Below, piece by piece: positions 1-7,674 of a DNA stretch of 32,000 bases (positions are counted from its first letter, which is position 1; every line of letters begins with the position of its first letter). The notes below the pieces were generated by a model. The model did no database searches. It saw only the letters and a list, made by a program, of their open reading frames with translations, and was not told the DNA's origin. A program made the position numbers and the translations under genes. The DNA comes from Promethearchaeum syntrophicum (lineage in GTDB: Archaea; Asgardarchaeota; Lokiarchaeia; Sigyniarchaeales; Promethearchaeaceae), in contig NZ_CP042905.2 of assembly GCF_008000775.2 (NCBI RefSeq), positions 2,670,001 through 2,702,000 of the forward strand, read 5' to 3'.

Positions 1-558
1 ACCTTGATTTCGTATAACCCCTCCATGAATAGACAAAATAGCGTTATCTACAAAATCTCTATAAATTTCTTTCCCTTGTTCAGGTTTAATTCGCTCAATT
101 CGATACCCATCTGGTAAATTTTTCCATTTTTTTAGCATTTTCGGGTTAAATTCCAAAGATGGAATTGGATTGGCTTTAATATAATTAAATTTCGCGTAAA
201 ATTCATCTTTAAACGGATACAATGTAGAACAAACTATTCCTTTCTCATACATTTCTTGAAAAATTTCACGTATTAGTTGACGAATATGCCCTTTTCTTCG
301 TTTTTCAGGAGCACTAGTAAAGTTAGCAAATCCAACCATCGGTTTTAATACTCCACGAATATTTTGCTTAAATTCTATTGCTCGAACATTTCCGATGTGA
401 ACTTCATCTTCTAAAATTGAATAATATTCGTCTTTAAATTTTTCGAATTTTTCTTTAAATCGCTCAAGTGAACTCGTTGGATAATCATAACAAATTTGAA
501 GTAAATCGCAAATTTTATCCTTTTCATCCAAATCAGACTTTTTTATTACAATACTCAT
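1..558 (-). CDS. Eis-like GNAT N-acetyltransferase (partial, runs off the left edge)
   Basis: The minus strand is open from ATG at 558 to the window edge: MSIVIKKSDLDEKDKICDLLQICYDYP...GFANFTSAPEKRRKGHIRQLIREIFQEMYEKGIVCSTLYPFKDEFYAKFNYI. The RRKGHIRQL and LYPF..EFYAKFNY patterns resemble Eis/Acetyltransf_9 proteins. The ORF is missing from the supplied track because it is open-ended. Confidence 0.72.
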   Translation of the reverse strand, partial: MSIVIKKSDLDEKDKICDLLQICYDYPTSSLERFKEKFEKFKDEYYSILEDEVHIGNVRAIEFKQNIRGVLKPMVGFANFTSAPEKRRKGHIRQLIREIFQEMYEKGIVCSTLYPFKDEFYAKFNYIKANPIPSLEFNPKMLKKWKNLPDGYRIERIKPEQGKEIYRDFVDNAILSIHGGVIRNQG

Positions 559-670
559 ATTTTCTTCACGTTCAATGAATAGTAAATAATTTAAAATAGT
601 TTCTTATAAGATTTTCTGAACTAGAAATTTTAAAAAAAAAAGGTATTGGATGAGAATTTTAGTATAATTG

Positions 671-1705
671 TTATTGGAGACCAATATTTATATCTACTGA
701 TCCAACATTTGCATTTGCATTTATTTGCATGAGTTCCGCTAAAGAACTCGCAAATTCAGGAGATTCGTAATAACCAGTAACAAAATCCCAGTCATAGCGA
801 TTAAAATCTTCATCTCCAATATCAGCTTCTAAGGCAACTTGGTATTTCATCAATAAATCGGTAGCGACTATATCAATATCAATTTCGCCCACATCATTCT
901 CAACATTTATTATAACATCTGCACCTAACGAGATAGTTTGGGTCCATGCAAGATTAATTTCACCAGCATTTGAAGAGATATCCATAACAGTATTATTAAC
1001 AAGTTGAATATCAGCAAAATCTAAATTGACTGCACCAGCATTATTGGATGCTGAGAAAGCTCCATCAATCATCACATTATTTAAATTAATATTCATTTCT
1101 CCTGCATTGGATGTTAAAATGAAATCACTTTCAATATCGATCGAATCTAAATTAATATCTATTTGTCCTGCATTTGCATTGACTGAAAATTCATTAAAGG
1201 TAATATTATTTGCCTCAATTTCTATAGATCCTGCTTGTAAATCTACATTTAATCCATAAACTATATAATCTGGATTTAAATAAACTGTAAAATTCCAATT
1301 ATCAATATTGATAATTTCATTACTTGGATAATTAACATAAACTAATATTGAAAGAGTGTCGTTAACTGTTGTGTTAGATACACTAATTTCAATATCTTCT
1401 TCAATATCTTCCCGAATATTATAATTTACATCCCAATCGGCATCCAATAATTTTTGTGATCCTTGTGGTAGTAACCTAATATCATACTCTCCAACATCTG
1501 CTTGTACGTCTAGAGCAATTTCTGAGATATTAACATGGTTTGAGACCATTAAGTCATAACTCCCTTCTTGATTTTTGGGAGTGAGATTTCCTGCTGGCAA
1601 TGGACCGTAAAAGACAAAGTACCAAAATACAATGATACCAATGATACCAATTATTTTGATTATCGTTGGTATTCCGTTGCTTGATTTTTTATTATTTTCA
1701 CTCAT
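671..1705 (-). CDS. Membrane-anchored beta-solenoid-like (DUF4097/adhesin-like) protein
   Basis: 344 aa ORF with an N-terminal TM segment (IIKIIGIIGIIVFWYFVFYG) followed by repeated NAG(Q/E/A)(I/M/V)(D/N)(I/L) units. Confidence 0.7.
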   Translation of the reverse strand: MSENNKKSSNGIPTIIKIIGIIGIIVFWYFVFYGPLPAGNLTPKNQEGSYDLMVSNHVNISEIALDVQADVGEYDIRLLPQGSQKLLDADWDVNYNIREDIEEDIEISVSNTTVNDTLSILVYVNYPSNEIINIDNWNFTVYLNPDYIVYGLNVDLQAGSIEIEANNITFNEFSVNANAGQIDINLDSIDIESDFILTSNAGEMNINLNNVMIDGAFSASNNAGAVNLDFADIQLVNNTVMDISSNAGEINLAWTQTISLGADVIINVENDVGEIDIDIVATDLLMKYQVALEADIGDEDFNRYDWDFVTGYYESPEFASSLAELMQINANANVGSVDINIGLQ

Positions 1706-1996
1706 TATGTTTCACTATTTTAGTGCTAATATTATGAAACGAAGGATAGTATCTAAAAATAGTTTAGACCGATTTTTAGCAATTTCTTCTAAAACAATAA
1801 AATTCAGTGATTCATTAAAATGAAAAAAAAAATGTAATTTGGAATCTTGAATCATAAAAGAATAGATTTAAATTAAAGAAAGATAGAAAAAGAAAAATTA
1901 ATAAAAAAAAAGACCGTTAAGAGAAACAGAGGTTTTCTACACCACTGGTGCAAAAATGTAAATCTCTCCATTTAATCTTCACTATTGTTATTTTAA

Positions 1997-2860
1997 TCAC
2001 TCATTATTTCCCATGATTTTATTCCACATCTTAGGAAACAGTAATACAATTCCTACCAAAAGGCTGACAACTGGACCCATGATAAACATGGAGAACGTAG
2101 CGTCTAAGTTTGCAAAGAACATTGAATAGAAAGCTAAGGGAAAACCTGAGAAAATTGCCAAAAATGCAGCTCCTAATCCAACAGTTCGCACCAAATCTTT
2201 CCTTTTGGAAAGAAATAGACCCACAACCGTAATTCCGAAAAGAAGGGATGCTATCATATTCGTTGGCATAGTGAGCATATACATACTTGCCTCTCCATAA
2301 TCGGGTAATCGATTTACCATTCTGGTAGTGGCTGCTATCCCATTGATAAATTCAAGAATAAATGCCATACCAATAAGCAAACCAAGCCATGCTTTACTTC
2401 TAGATACTTTTCCTTTACTTCTTACAAGATAGAAGTACATTAATAAATTAGGGAAAAAGATCAAAAACCAAGGACCTGGTATCGCAGCTTTACTTTCCAT
2501 AGCGGGAATATTTGGCCAAAAACTAGCAAAAAGGGAAATAATTACAGCGATTACGCTGACAGGATAAGTCCACTTCATTTTCTGAAAATAACCCACACCC
2601 GCTACTAACCATAATATCCCTCCTATAATACCGATACACGCAAAAGCTGGTATGAAAAAGGGAGCTGTCGCAGCGCATTCTTGGGCGGCGTCGGTTTCTG
2701 CTGCTAAAATATCTCCTAAATAACGAAAGATGAAATAATAGGAAAGGAATATCCCTCCCACACCAAATATAAGTGAGATAAATCCCATGAGTCCATCATT
2801 TTTTGTACTAATATTTGTTTCTTCAGTTAATTTTGTTTCTTCAGTCATTTTTGTTATCAA
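1997..2860 (-). CDS. Polytopic membrane protein, hypothetical
   Basis: 287 aa ORF with multiple hydrophobic helices (ISLIFGVGGIFLSYYFIF, FACIGIIGGILWLVAGVGYF, VVSLLVGIVLLFP). Confidence 0.65.
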   Translation of the reverse strand: MITKMTEETKLTEETNISTKNDGLMGFISLIFGVGGIFLSYYFIFRYLGDILAAETDAAQECAATAPFFIPAFACIGIIGGILWLVAGVGYFQKMKWTYPVSVIAVIISLFASFWPNIPAMESKAAIPGPWFLIFFPNLLMYFYLVRSKGKVSRSKAWLGLLIGMAFILEFINGIAATTRMVNRLPDYGEASMYMLTMPTNMIASLLFGITVVGLFLSKRKDLVRTVGLGAAFLAIFSGFPLAFYSMFFANLDATFSMFIMGPVVSLLVGIVLLFPKMWNKIMGNNE

Positions 2861-3161
2861 TCCGTTGTTAATTTAATATTTAAGAATTATCCTTAACTAT
2901 AACATACTTTTGAATAATCTTTCAAAAAAGAACGAAATCGAAAATTGAGATCGTTATGCTTTAAGATTAGCTGCAATCCATATAAATATTCATCTTTTCC
3001 AAAGAAATCTTAAAAATTATTCACGATAGCATGGTTCCGACTTATTAAAAGACATTTAGTCATCAACGTGATAATATATAAATGGTTCTTTTTTTTCCCC
3101 TAGTTCCTCATGGGGCTCGCGTCATGTGATGTTTGATTAAAAAATAGAAAATAATATCTTT

Positions 3162-3836
3162 TCAATTTCTGATCTTCTTAGTTGTTTCCTTCTTGAAATC
3201 GAAAGCATTTAGATAATTTTCACCCAATTTTTGGGTAATTCGCCGAATATTACCTGACAATGCCGTTGCAGAGATTCCAAAGTCTTTTGCGAAATCACTT
3301 AATGAGATTCTTCGCGGAATTTCAAAAAATCCGTTTGCTAACGCTTTAGTTAGAATTTCTGATTGTCGAGGAGTCAAAATCGTATTTGCACAATATTGCC
3401 CAATCTGTTTGATAGAAATTTCCAGTTTTTTCCAATTTGAATTATTAAACATTTGTTCAATTTTAACACGGGATGCAATTAATTCAAATAGAGCGATCCC
3501 ATCATGAATAATAATGGGAAAGTGAAGAACCGCTTGAGCTTCCACTATCATATTGAGGACCCATGTCTCTTCCATAACAATATTTAGAGCGATTGATTTT
3601 TCATCTTTGAAAATTAGGTTGTAATTTTTCGCTTCATAAAACTGAACAAAATTCTCCCAAAATTGTTTTATATTTGTGCCTTCTATTTGGAGAAGGCAAT
3701 ACCCTTGATTTTTAGAGATAGGGAGCATGGAGAGCAACCTGAATTGCAATAAAGGATAAGATCGACTAAAATTTGCCAACCATTTATCAGTGGGAATTGG
3801 GAATGTGAATTTCACTTGGATAGTATCATCATTCAT
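3162..3836 (-). CDS. Bat/HTH_10-like transcriptional regulator
   Basis: 224 aa ORF. C-terminal segment LTPRQSEILTKALANGFFEIPRRISLSDFAKDFGISATALSGNIRRITQKL matches the pattern of the archaeal bacterioopsin-activator HTH. Confidence 0.8.
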   Translation of the reverse strand: MNDDTIQVKFTFPIPTDKWLANFSRSYPLLQFRLLSMLPISKNQGYCLLQIEGTNIKQFWENFVQFYEAKNYNLIFKDEKSIALNIVMEETWVLNMIVEAQAVLHFPIIIHDGIALFELIASRVKIEQMFNNSNWKKLEISIKQIGQYCANTILTPRQSEILTKALANGFFEIPRRISLSDFAKDFGISATALSGNIRRITQKLGENYLNAFDFKKETTKKIRN

Positions 3837-4033
3837 TCTAAATTATAATTCGTTTTTAATGCATAAAATATCTATCATCTATCGATTCTCTATCTACCCT
3901 TTGGATAAAAATTTTTTATCGGAGTATTTTCGGTCAAATATATCATGGAACATTACAATTTCTCCCCGTCAAAATATAATAAAAAATACAATTACAAATC
4001 TTCAAGATTAACAAATTATAAAATACTCTTGGC

Positions 4034-4055
4034 AAAAACCAAAAGGCTGGTTTTT
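4034..4055. terminator. Hairpin with 8-bp stem AAAAACCA/TGGTTTTT, candidate terminator
   Basis: AAAAACCA(4034-4041)-AAAGGC-TGGTTTTT(4048-4055), followed by further T. Located in an intergenic gap. Confidence 0.35.
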
Positions 4056-4463
4056 TATATCTTAATAGCCAAATACAAGATAAATTAATTTCACAATAAA
4101 CTCATTATTTCTTCTTAATATCGGTAGCTTTTTCTTCATATTTAGGCTCCCATTAAAGCTTACACTCAGAAATAACCCCACAAATCAGTGTTTTTGGCTT
4201 ATCAAGTTCTCCTAAACTTCAAGCTTCTGAAAAAATGAGAAAACGAGTTGAAATCCATACTCCAGAAGAATGGGCAATAATGAGAGGTCCAGGTGGTGAT
4301 CAATAACACACGAAGATCGACAAGATTTAAGAATTAATGAATTAACGAAAAAATAAAAGAAAAAAAAGAAAAAAAAAGGGTAAAAAAGATATATGTAATA
4401 AAAATGAGAAAATTGGGATTGTAATTTGGTTTTAGTTTGAAGCATTTTATTTTTCTGCGATTT

Positions 4464-5174
4464 TTACGATTTAAGATATTCCATCATCATTTTAAGCGGC
4501 ATTCCGAAGGCTAAGAAATGATAAGGTTTTTCAATATCGGGAAAATTTGTCTCCTCTTCTGCTGTTGCTTCATTGAATTTATCTCGCAATTCATTCATCA
4601 TCTCTCGCATTAGATCATGAGATTTCTGACTATTATATGCAATGATATTGTAAATATCCTTCTTTTTGAACATATGGTGATAATCGGGGGTTTGATCCGG
4701 GTTCAATTCATAAATTCTTTCAAGAATTTGTATCGCTCGCTCATCAGGTCCATCAATTCCCGAACGGAGAAGTTTATCAAAAAAAGCCAATTGGGTTTCT
4801 AAAGTCTTTACAAATAACTTAGTTTTCATAATGTTTTCTCTTAAGAACTCTTTTCCAAATTCTTTATCGAATTTTGTTTTTTTGATACACTTCTCATCTT
4901 CTTCACAGGAAAATATCCTTTTATCATAACCCTTTTTAAACCCATAGATCTTAGCCTTTATATTACCTCGGACTTGCAATTCTTCTTTAACTTCGATAAT
5001 TTCTCTTAGTAGAAGGTCTTTTATATAAGGATGTAGTGTAGATTTCGATTTACCTAGTTTAATTGCGAGTTCACTTAAAGATAGTTTAGAATACATTGAA
5101 AATAGACCCCATAATTGAAAGTTAATTTTAGACTTAAACAAATCATCCTTTTTTTTCTTGTTTTCGTTGTTCAA
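4464..5174 (-). CDS. Winged-HTH transcriptional regulator
   Basis: 236 aa ORF with LWGLFSMYSKLSLSELAIKLGKSKSTLHPYIKDLLLREIIEVKEE, a typical wHTH pattern. Divergent from the micro-ORFs. Confidence 0.7.
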   Translation of the reverse strand: MNNENKKKKDDLFKSKINFQLWGLFSMYSKLSLSELAIKLGKSKSTLHPYIKDLLLREIIEVKEELQVRGNIKAKIYGFKKGYDKRIFSCEEDEKCIKKTKFDKEFGKEFLRENIMKTKLFVKTLETQLAFFDKLLRSGIDGPDERAIQILERIYELNPDQTPDYHHMFKKKDIYNIIAYNSQKSHDLMREMMNELRDKFNEATAEEETNFPDIEKPYHFLAFGMPLKMMMEYLKS

Positions 5175-5283
5175 ATGATTATCACATCAAAAGTTAGTTT
5201 TTTTTTATTCATTTTTTTCTATATTAATTATATAATATAATTACGGATATTTAATGTTTTTTTAAAAACATTTATATATTTGT

Positions 5284-5310
5284 GTTCGTTTTAATATATT
5301 AATTACGAAC
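5284..5310. promoter_or_regulatory. Candidate operator: inverted repeat GTTCGT-N15-ACGAAC
   Basis: GTTCGT (5284-5289) and ACGAAC (5305-5310) lie just downstream of a TATA-like TTTATATAT (5271-5279), between the divergent wHTH gene and the micro-ORFs. Confidence 0.45.
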
Positions 5311-5315
5311 GTTAA

Positions 5316-5338
5316 TTCTCAAACATTCATTCTGAGAA
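5316..5338. promoter_or_regulatory. Second inverted repeat TTCTCA-N11-TGAGAA
   Basis: TTCTCA (5316-5321) and TGAGAA (5333-5338), within the putative 5' leader or operator region. Confidence 0.35.
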
Positions 5339-5366
5339 CAAAAATCGTAAGAATGGTGAAAAAAAA

Positions 5367-5465
5367 ATGAAAAAAATAAATAAAAAAAAACATATGTCAA
5401 AACTCGAAAAAGCGAAGGATGAATATTTTAGGAAATCAGCAACAGGCTATTACTTAAATTTCTAA
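5367..5465 (+). CDS. Micro-ORF 1 (32 aa, or 23 aa from the internal ATG at 5394)
   Basis: MKKINKKKHMSKLEKAKDEYFRKSATGYYLNF*. GGTGA (5355-5359) is 7 nt upstream of the ATG. Its C-terminus is shared with micro-ORF 2. Confidence 0.6.
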   Translation: MKKINKKKHMSKLEKAKDEYFRKSATGYYLNF

Positions 5466-5536
5466 ATTTTTTTTAATTTGGTTTACCAAGTAAATCAACA
5501 AACAAAAACACAAAAAATAATCAGGAGAATCGGAAA

Positions 5537-5620
5537 ATGAAACAATCAGAAACAAAACTCGCAAATGTAAAAGATGAATACTATTTAAAATCAGCAACAG
5601 GCTATTACTTAAATTATTAA
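5537..5620 (+). CDS. Micro-ORF 2 (27 aa), paralogue of micro-ORF 1
   Basis: MKQSETKLANVKDEYYLKSATGYYLNY*. GGAG (5524-5527) is 9 nt upstream of the ATG. KDEYxxKSATGYYLN is shared with micro-ORF 1. Confidence 0.62.
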   Translation: MKQSETKLANVKDEYYLKSATGYYLNY

Positions 5621-5670
5621 ATATTTTTTAAACAAAAATCAATTTATAGAAAAAAAGGTGAATAAAAAAA

Positions 5671-5754
5671 ATGAAAAGAAGGCATATAAAAACCAAAGAA
5701 GGGCTTTTTTCCCAAAGATTTGAATCTAGGAGAATAGTTGTCAACTTAGAATAG
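5671..5754 (+). CDS. Micro-ORF 3 (27 aa), basic peptide
   Basis: MKRRHIKTKEGLFSQRFESRRIVVNLE*. GGTGAA (5657-5662) precedes the ATG by 8 nt, in series with micro-ORFs 1 and 2. Confidence 0.4.
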   Translation: MKRRHIKTKEGLFSQRFESRRIVVNLE

Positions 5755-5910
5755 CCAGAGTTTTCAAGAAATGAAATTCACATCCAGAAACTATAATCCA
5801 ATTAATAACTATCATCTAATCTTCTAAAATTCACAATTTTTTTTTTCCAACGAATCCAACTATTATTATTTTTAATGAATAATTTATTATTAGCGATATT
5901 TTGATTCTAA

Positions 5911-6402
5911 TTAAACTTTAAACCCAAACCATGGATCTCCAATTAAATCACTCTCAAAAATTTTGCGATCTTCATCATCTTTAATTTTGGATGCAGCTTC
6001 TTTAGCTAACTTCAGATATTTAACAAAATCGGCTTTATTCTCATCGCATGCAGCAGCCCTGGCACATGCTTCATAAGCATATGCTAAATCAAAGTCCAAT
6101 ATATTATTTTTTTCACATAATTGAAGACATTTTTTTGAGTAATTTAAAGCAAGATCAGGATACTTGACTACAGAATAAACTCTTGATAACATCCACAGCC
6201 CTCTTATCTCATGAATTAGCGTTCCAGCAAATTTCCAGTGTAGTTTTGATGCATGAGCAGAATTTATCATTTGCACCTTATCTTCATCAGATTTTTCTTG
6301 TTTTTCTAAAATTTCCCAAACAATATTATTAAATTTCTTTGCAAAATACTTATGCGCCACATTTTCATCGAATTCAATTTGATTTTTGTTCATATTTTTC
6401 AA
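5911..6402 (-). CDS. Helical-repeat (TPR-like) hypothetical protein
   Basis: 163 aa ORF. GLWMLSRVYSVVKYPDLALNYSKKCLQLCEKNNILDFDLAYAYEACARAAAC...KYLKLAKEAASKI resembles tandem helical hairpins. Confidence 0.6.
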   Translation of the reverse strand: MKNMNKNQIEFDENVAHKYFAKKFNNIVWEILEKQEKSDEDKVQMINSAHASKLHWKFAGTLIHEIRGLWMLSRVYSVVKYPDLALNYSKKCLQLCEKNNILDFDLAYAYEACARAAACDENKADFVKYLKLAKEAASKIKDDEDRKIFESDLIGDPWFGFKV

Positions 6403-6508
6403 TTTTTATTAGAATTTTAATCTTAAAAATGTTATCGAATTATTTATTTATATAATTTGCTTCTATCTTTCAAAATAAATAATTAAGATTACGAAAATAT
6501 CAAAAAGA

Positions 6509-6639
6509 AAGGCAATTTAGGGGACAACGCACCAATCTGATGCGTAAAAAGAGGACCTCCATAAAGAAGGTAAATCAAGCTACCTCACGTAGAGATAGCA
6601 TCCAAAAAGACAAAATAATTAATCCCCTTAAATTGCCTT
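6509..6639. repeat. 131-bp unit with near-perfect terminal inverted repeats (MITE or structured ncRNA candidate)
   Basis: Left end AAGGCAATTTA-GGGGA (6509-6524). Reverse complement of the right end AAGGCAATTTAAGGGGA (6623-6639). They differ by one inserted base. Confidence 0.5.
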
Positions 6640-6979
6640 ATTCTCTTTTAATCAGTTTTTATATAAAAATCTATGGTCTATAGATAATTACTGTTCAATA
6701 GAACAAATATTAATCTCTTCAAAAAAATTGATTCAAAATACGATAATTTTAAGGTTTTTTAGAGAATTATGTAAATATTTAAAAATCAAAATTCTGAATT
6801 TTTATCATATAATCTTCTAGTATTGCACCACTTGGCCTTATCAGAAGCATTATTATATCACATCTATAATTTTAGGGTAGTTTCCTTTTATTTCTTAAAT
6901 TCTTAGCAAATTATTAGAATGTCCTTAAAATTAAATAGGTTTAAAAATATCTTTATAGTATTGTTTTTGTCGAAGAATT

Positions 6980-7546
6980 ATGCAAATAAAATCAAAATAT
7001 ATTCAGAATTGGGATAATGTAGACTCATCTAGAGGTAAAGACGTCTCAAAAATCCCCCTTATCCATATCATTGGTTATATAGGTGCGGGTAAATCGACAT
7101 TTATTAAGAAATATCTTAGGAAATATCCAACATTTGATATAAAGGAAATATATCAGAAGAATTTTTTTACTCCGAAAGATTTATTGGAAAATCCTAGAAA
7201 ATATTCACAATTTCAATCCGCATTAGATTATTCATTTTCTCAATTTTATAAAAAACTTGAAATTAATCATATCCCAATTGGGATCGTGGAATCATCAGGA
7301 ATAAATCGAGCCCTAAATAACATTTTAAGAAGGTTTTTTGTTTATAGAATATGGATTATTCCATTTAATTTGAATCAATTTGAAACACAAATTTATAAAG
7401 AAAGACCCTACGCTAAAGAATTAAATAGCGATCTTAAAGTAAAATTTAAACAAAATAAAATTCCATTCAATAATCAATATAACTTTATCGAAGACAGTTT
7501 CATGAAGGATTTACCTGCAATTTTTACAATATTTTTCAAACTATAA
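6980..7546 (+). CDS. P-loop NTPase / kinase-like protein
   Basis: 188 aa ORF with Walker A-like HIIGYIGAGKSTFIKKYL near the N-terminus. Confidence 0.65.
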   Translation: MQIKSKYIQNWDNVDSSRGKDVSKIPLIHIIGYIGAGKSTFIKKYLRKYPTFDIKEIYQKNFFTPKDLLENPRKYSQFQSALDYSFSQFYKKLEINHIPIGIVESSGINRALNNILRRFFVYRIWIIPFNLNQFETQIYKERPYAKELNSDLKVKFKQNKIPFNNQYNFIEDSFMKDLPAIFTIFFKL

Positions 7547-7674
7547 CTGTGTGGGTTTCTATTTCCTTTCTACGACATTATAAAATATAAGAAATCAATT
7601 GGGGATAAGTGTCTCTGATCCTTTATATAATGATAAATCGATTATTTAGTAAACACAGTAAAATGTGAAGAATC

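Noticed and set aside
1026-1259. 77 aa antisense ORF inside the beta-solenoid gene
   Set aside because: It mirrors the repetitive coding of the opposite-strand gene and has no independent evidence.
3095-3130. Possible hairpin around CCCCTAGTTCCTCATGGGG
   Set aside because: It has only a 4-bp GC stem with a long loop and no clean continuation, which is insufficient to call a terminator or ncRNA.
3790-4011. 73 aa plus-strand ORF
   Set aside because: It overlaps the start of the HTH_10 regulator on the other strand, has no recognisable motif and has a promoter-like low-complexity composition. Likely spurious.
4212-4445. 77 aa minus-strand ORF with FFFFFFFYFF tract
   Set aside because: It is the antisense reading of an A-rich stretch (aaaagaaaaaaaaggg). 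The low-complexity poly-Phe strongly suggests it is not coding.
5433-5615. CRISPR-like interpretation of the 28-nt direct repeat
   Set aside because: There are only two copies, 155 nt apart, and the repeat lies inside matching reading frames. The spacing is too large and no cas genes are present.
6509-6639. 5S rRNA, SRP RNA or tRNA interpretation of the 131-bp unit
   Set aside because: The length resembles 5S rRNA, but the conserved 5S internal sequences, the SRP helix 8 motif and tRNA T-loop features are not visible. I kept it only as an unclassified structured or mobile candidate.
6669-6685. Inverted repeat ATCTAT-N5-ATAGAT
   Set aside because: It is short and AT-rich, so chance occurrence is likely. 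It was noted only as background near the 131-bp unit.
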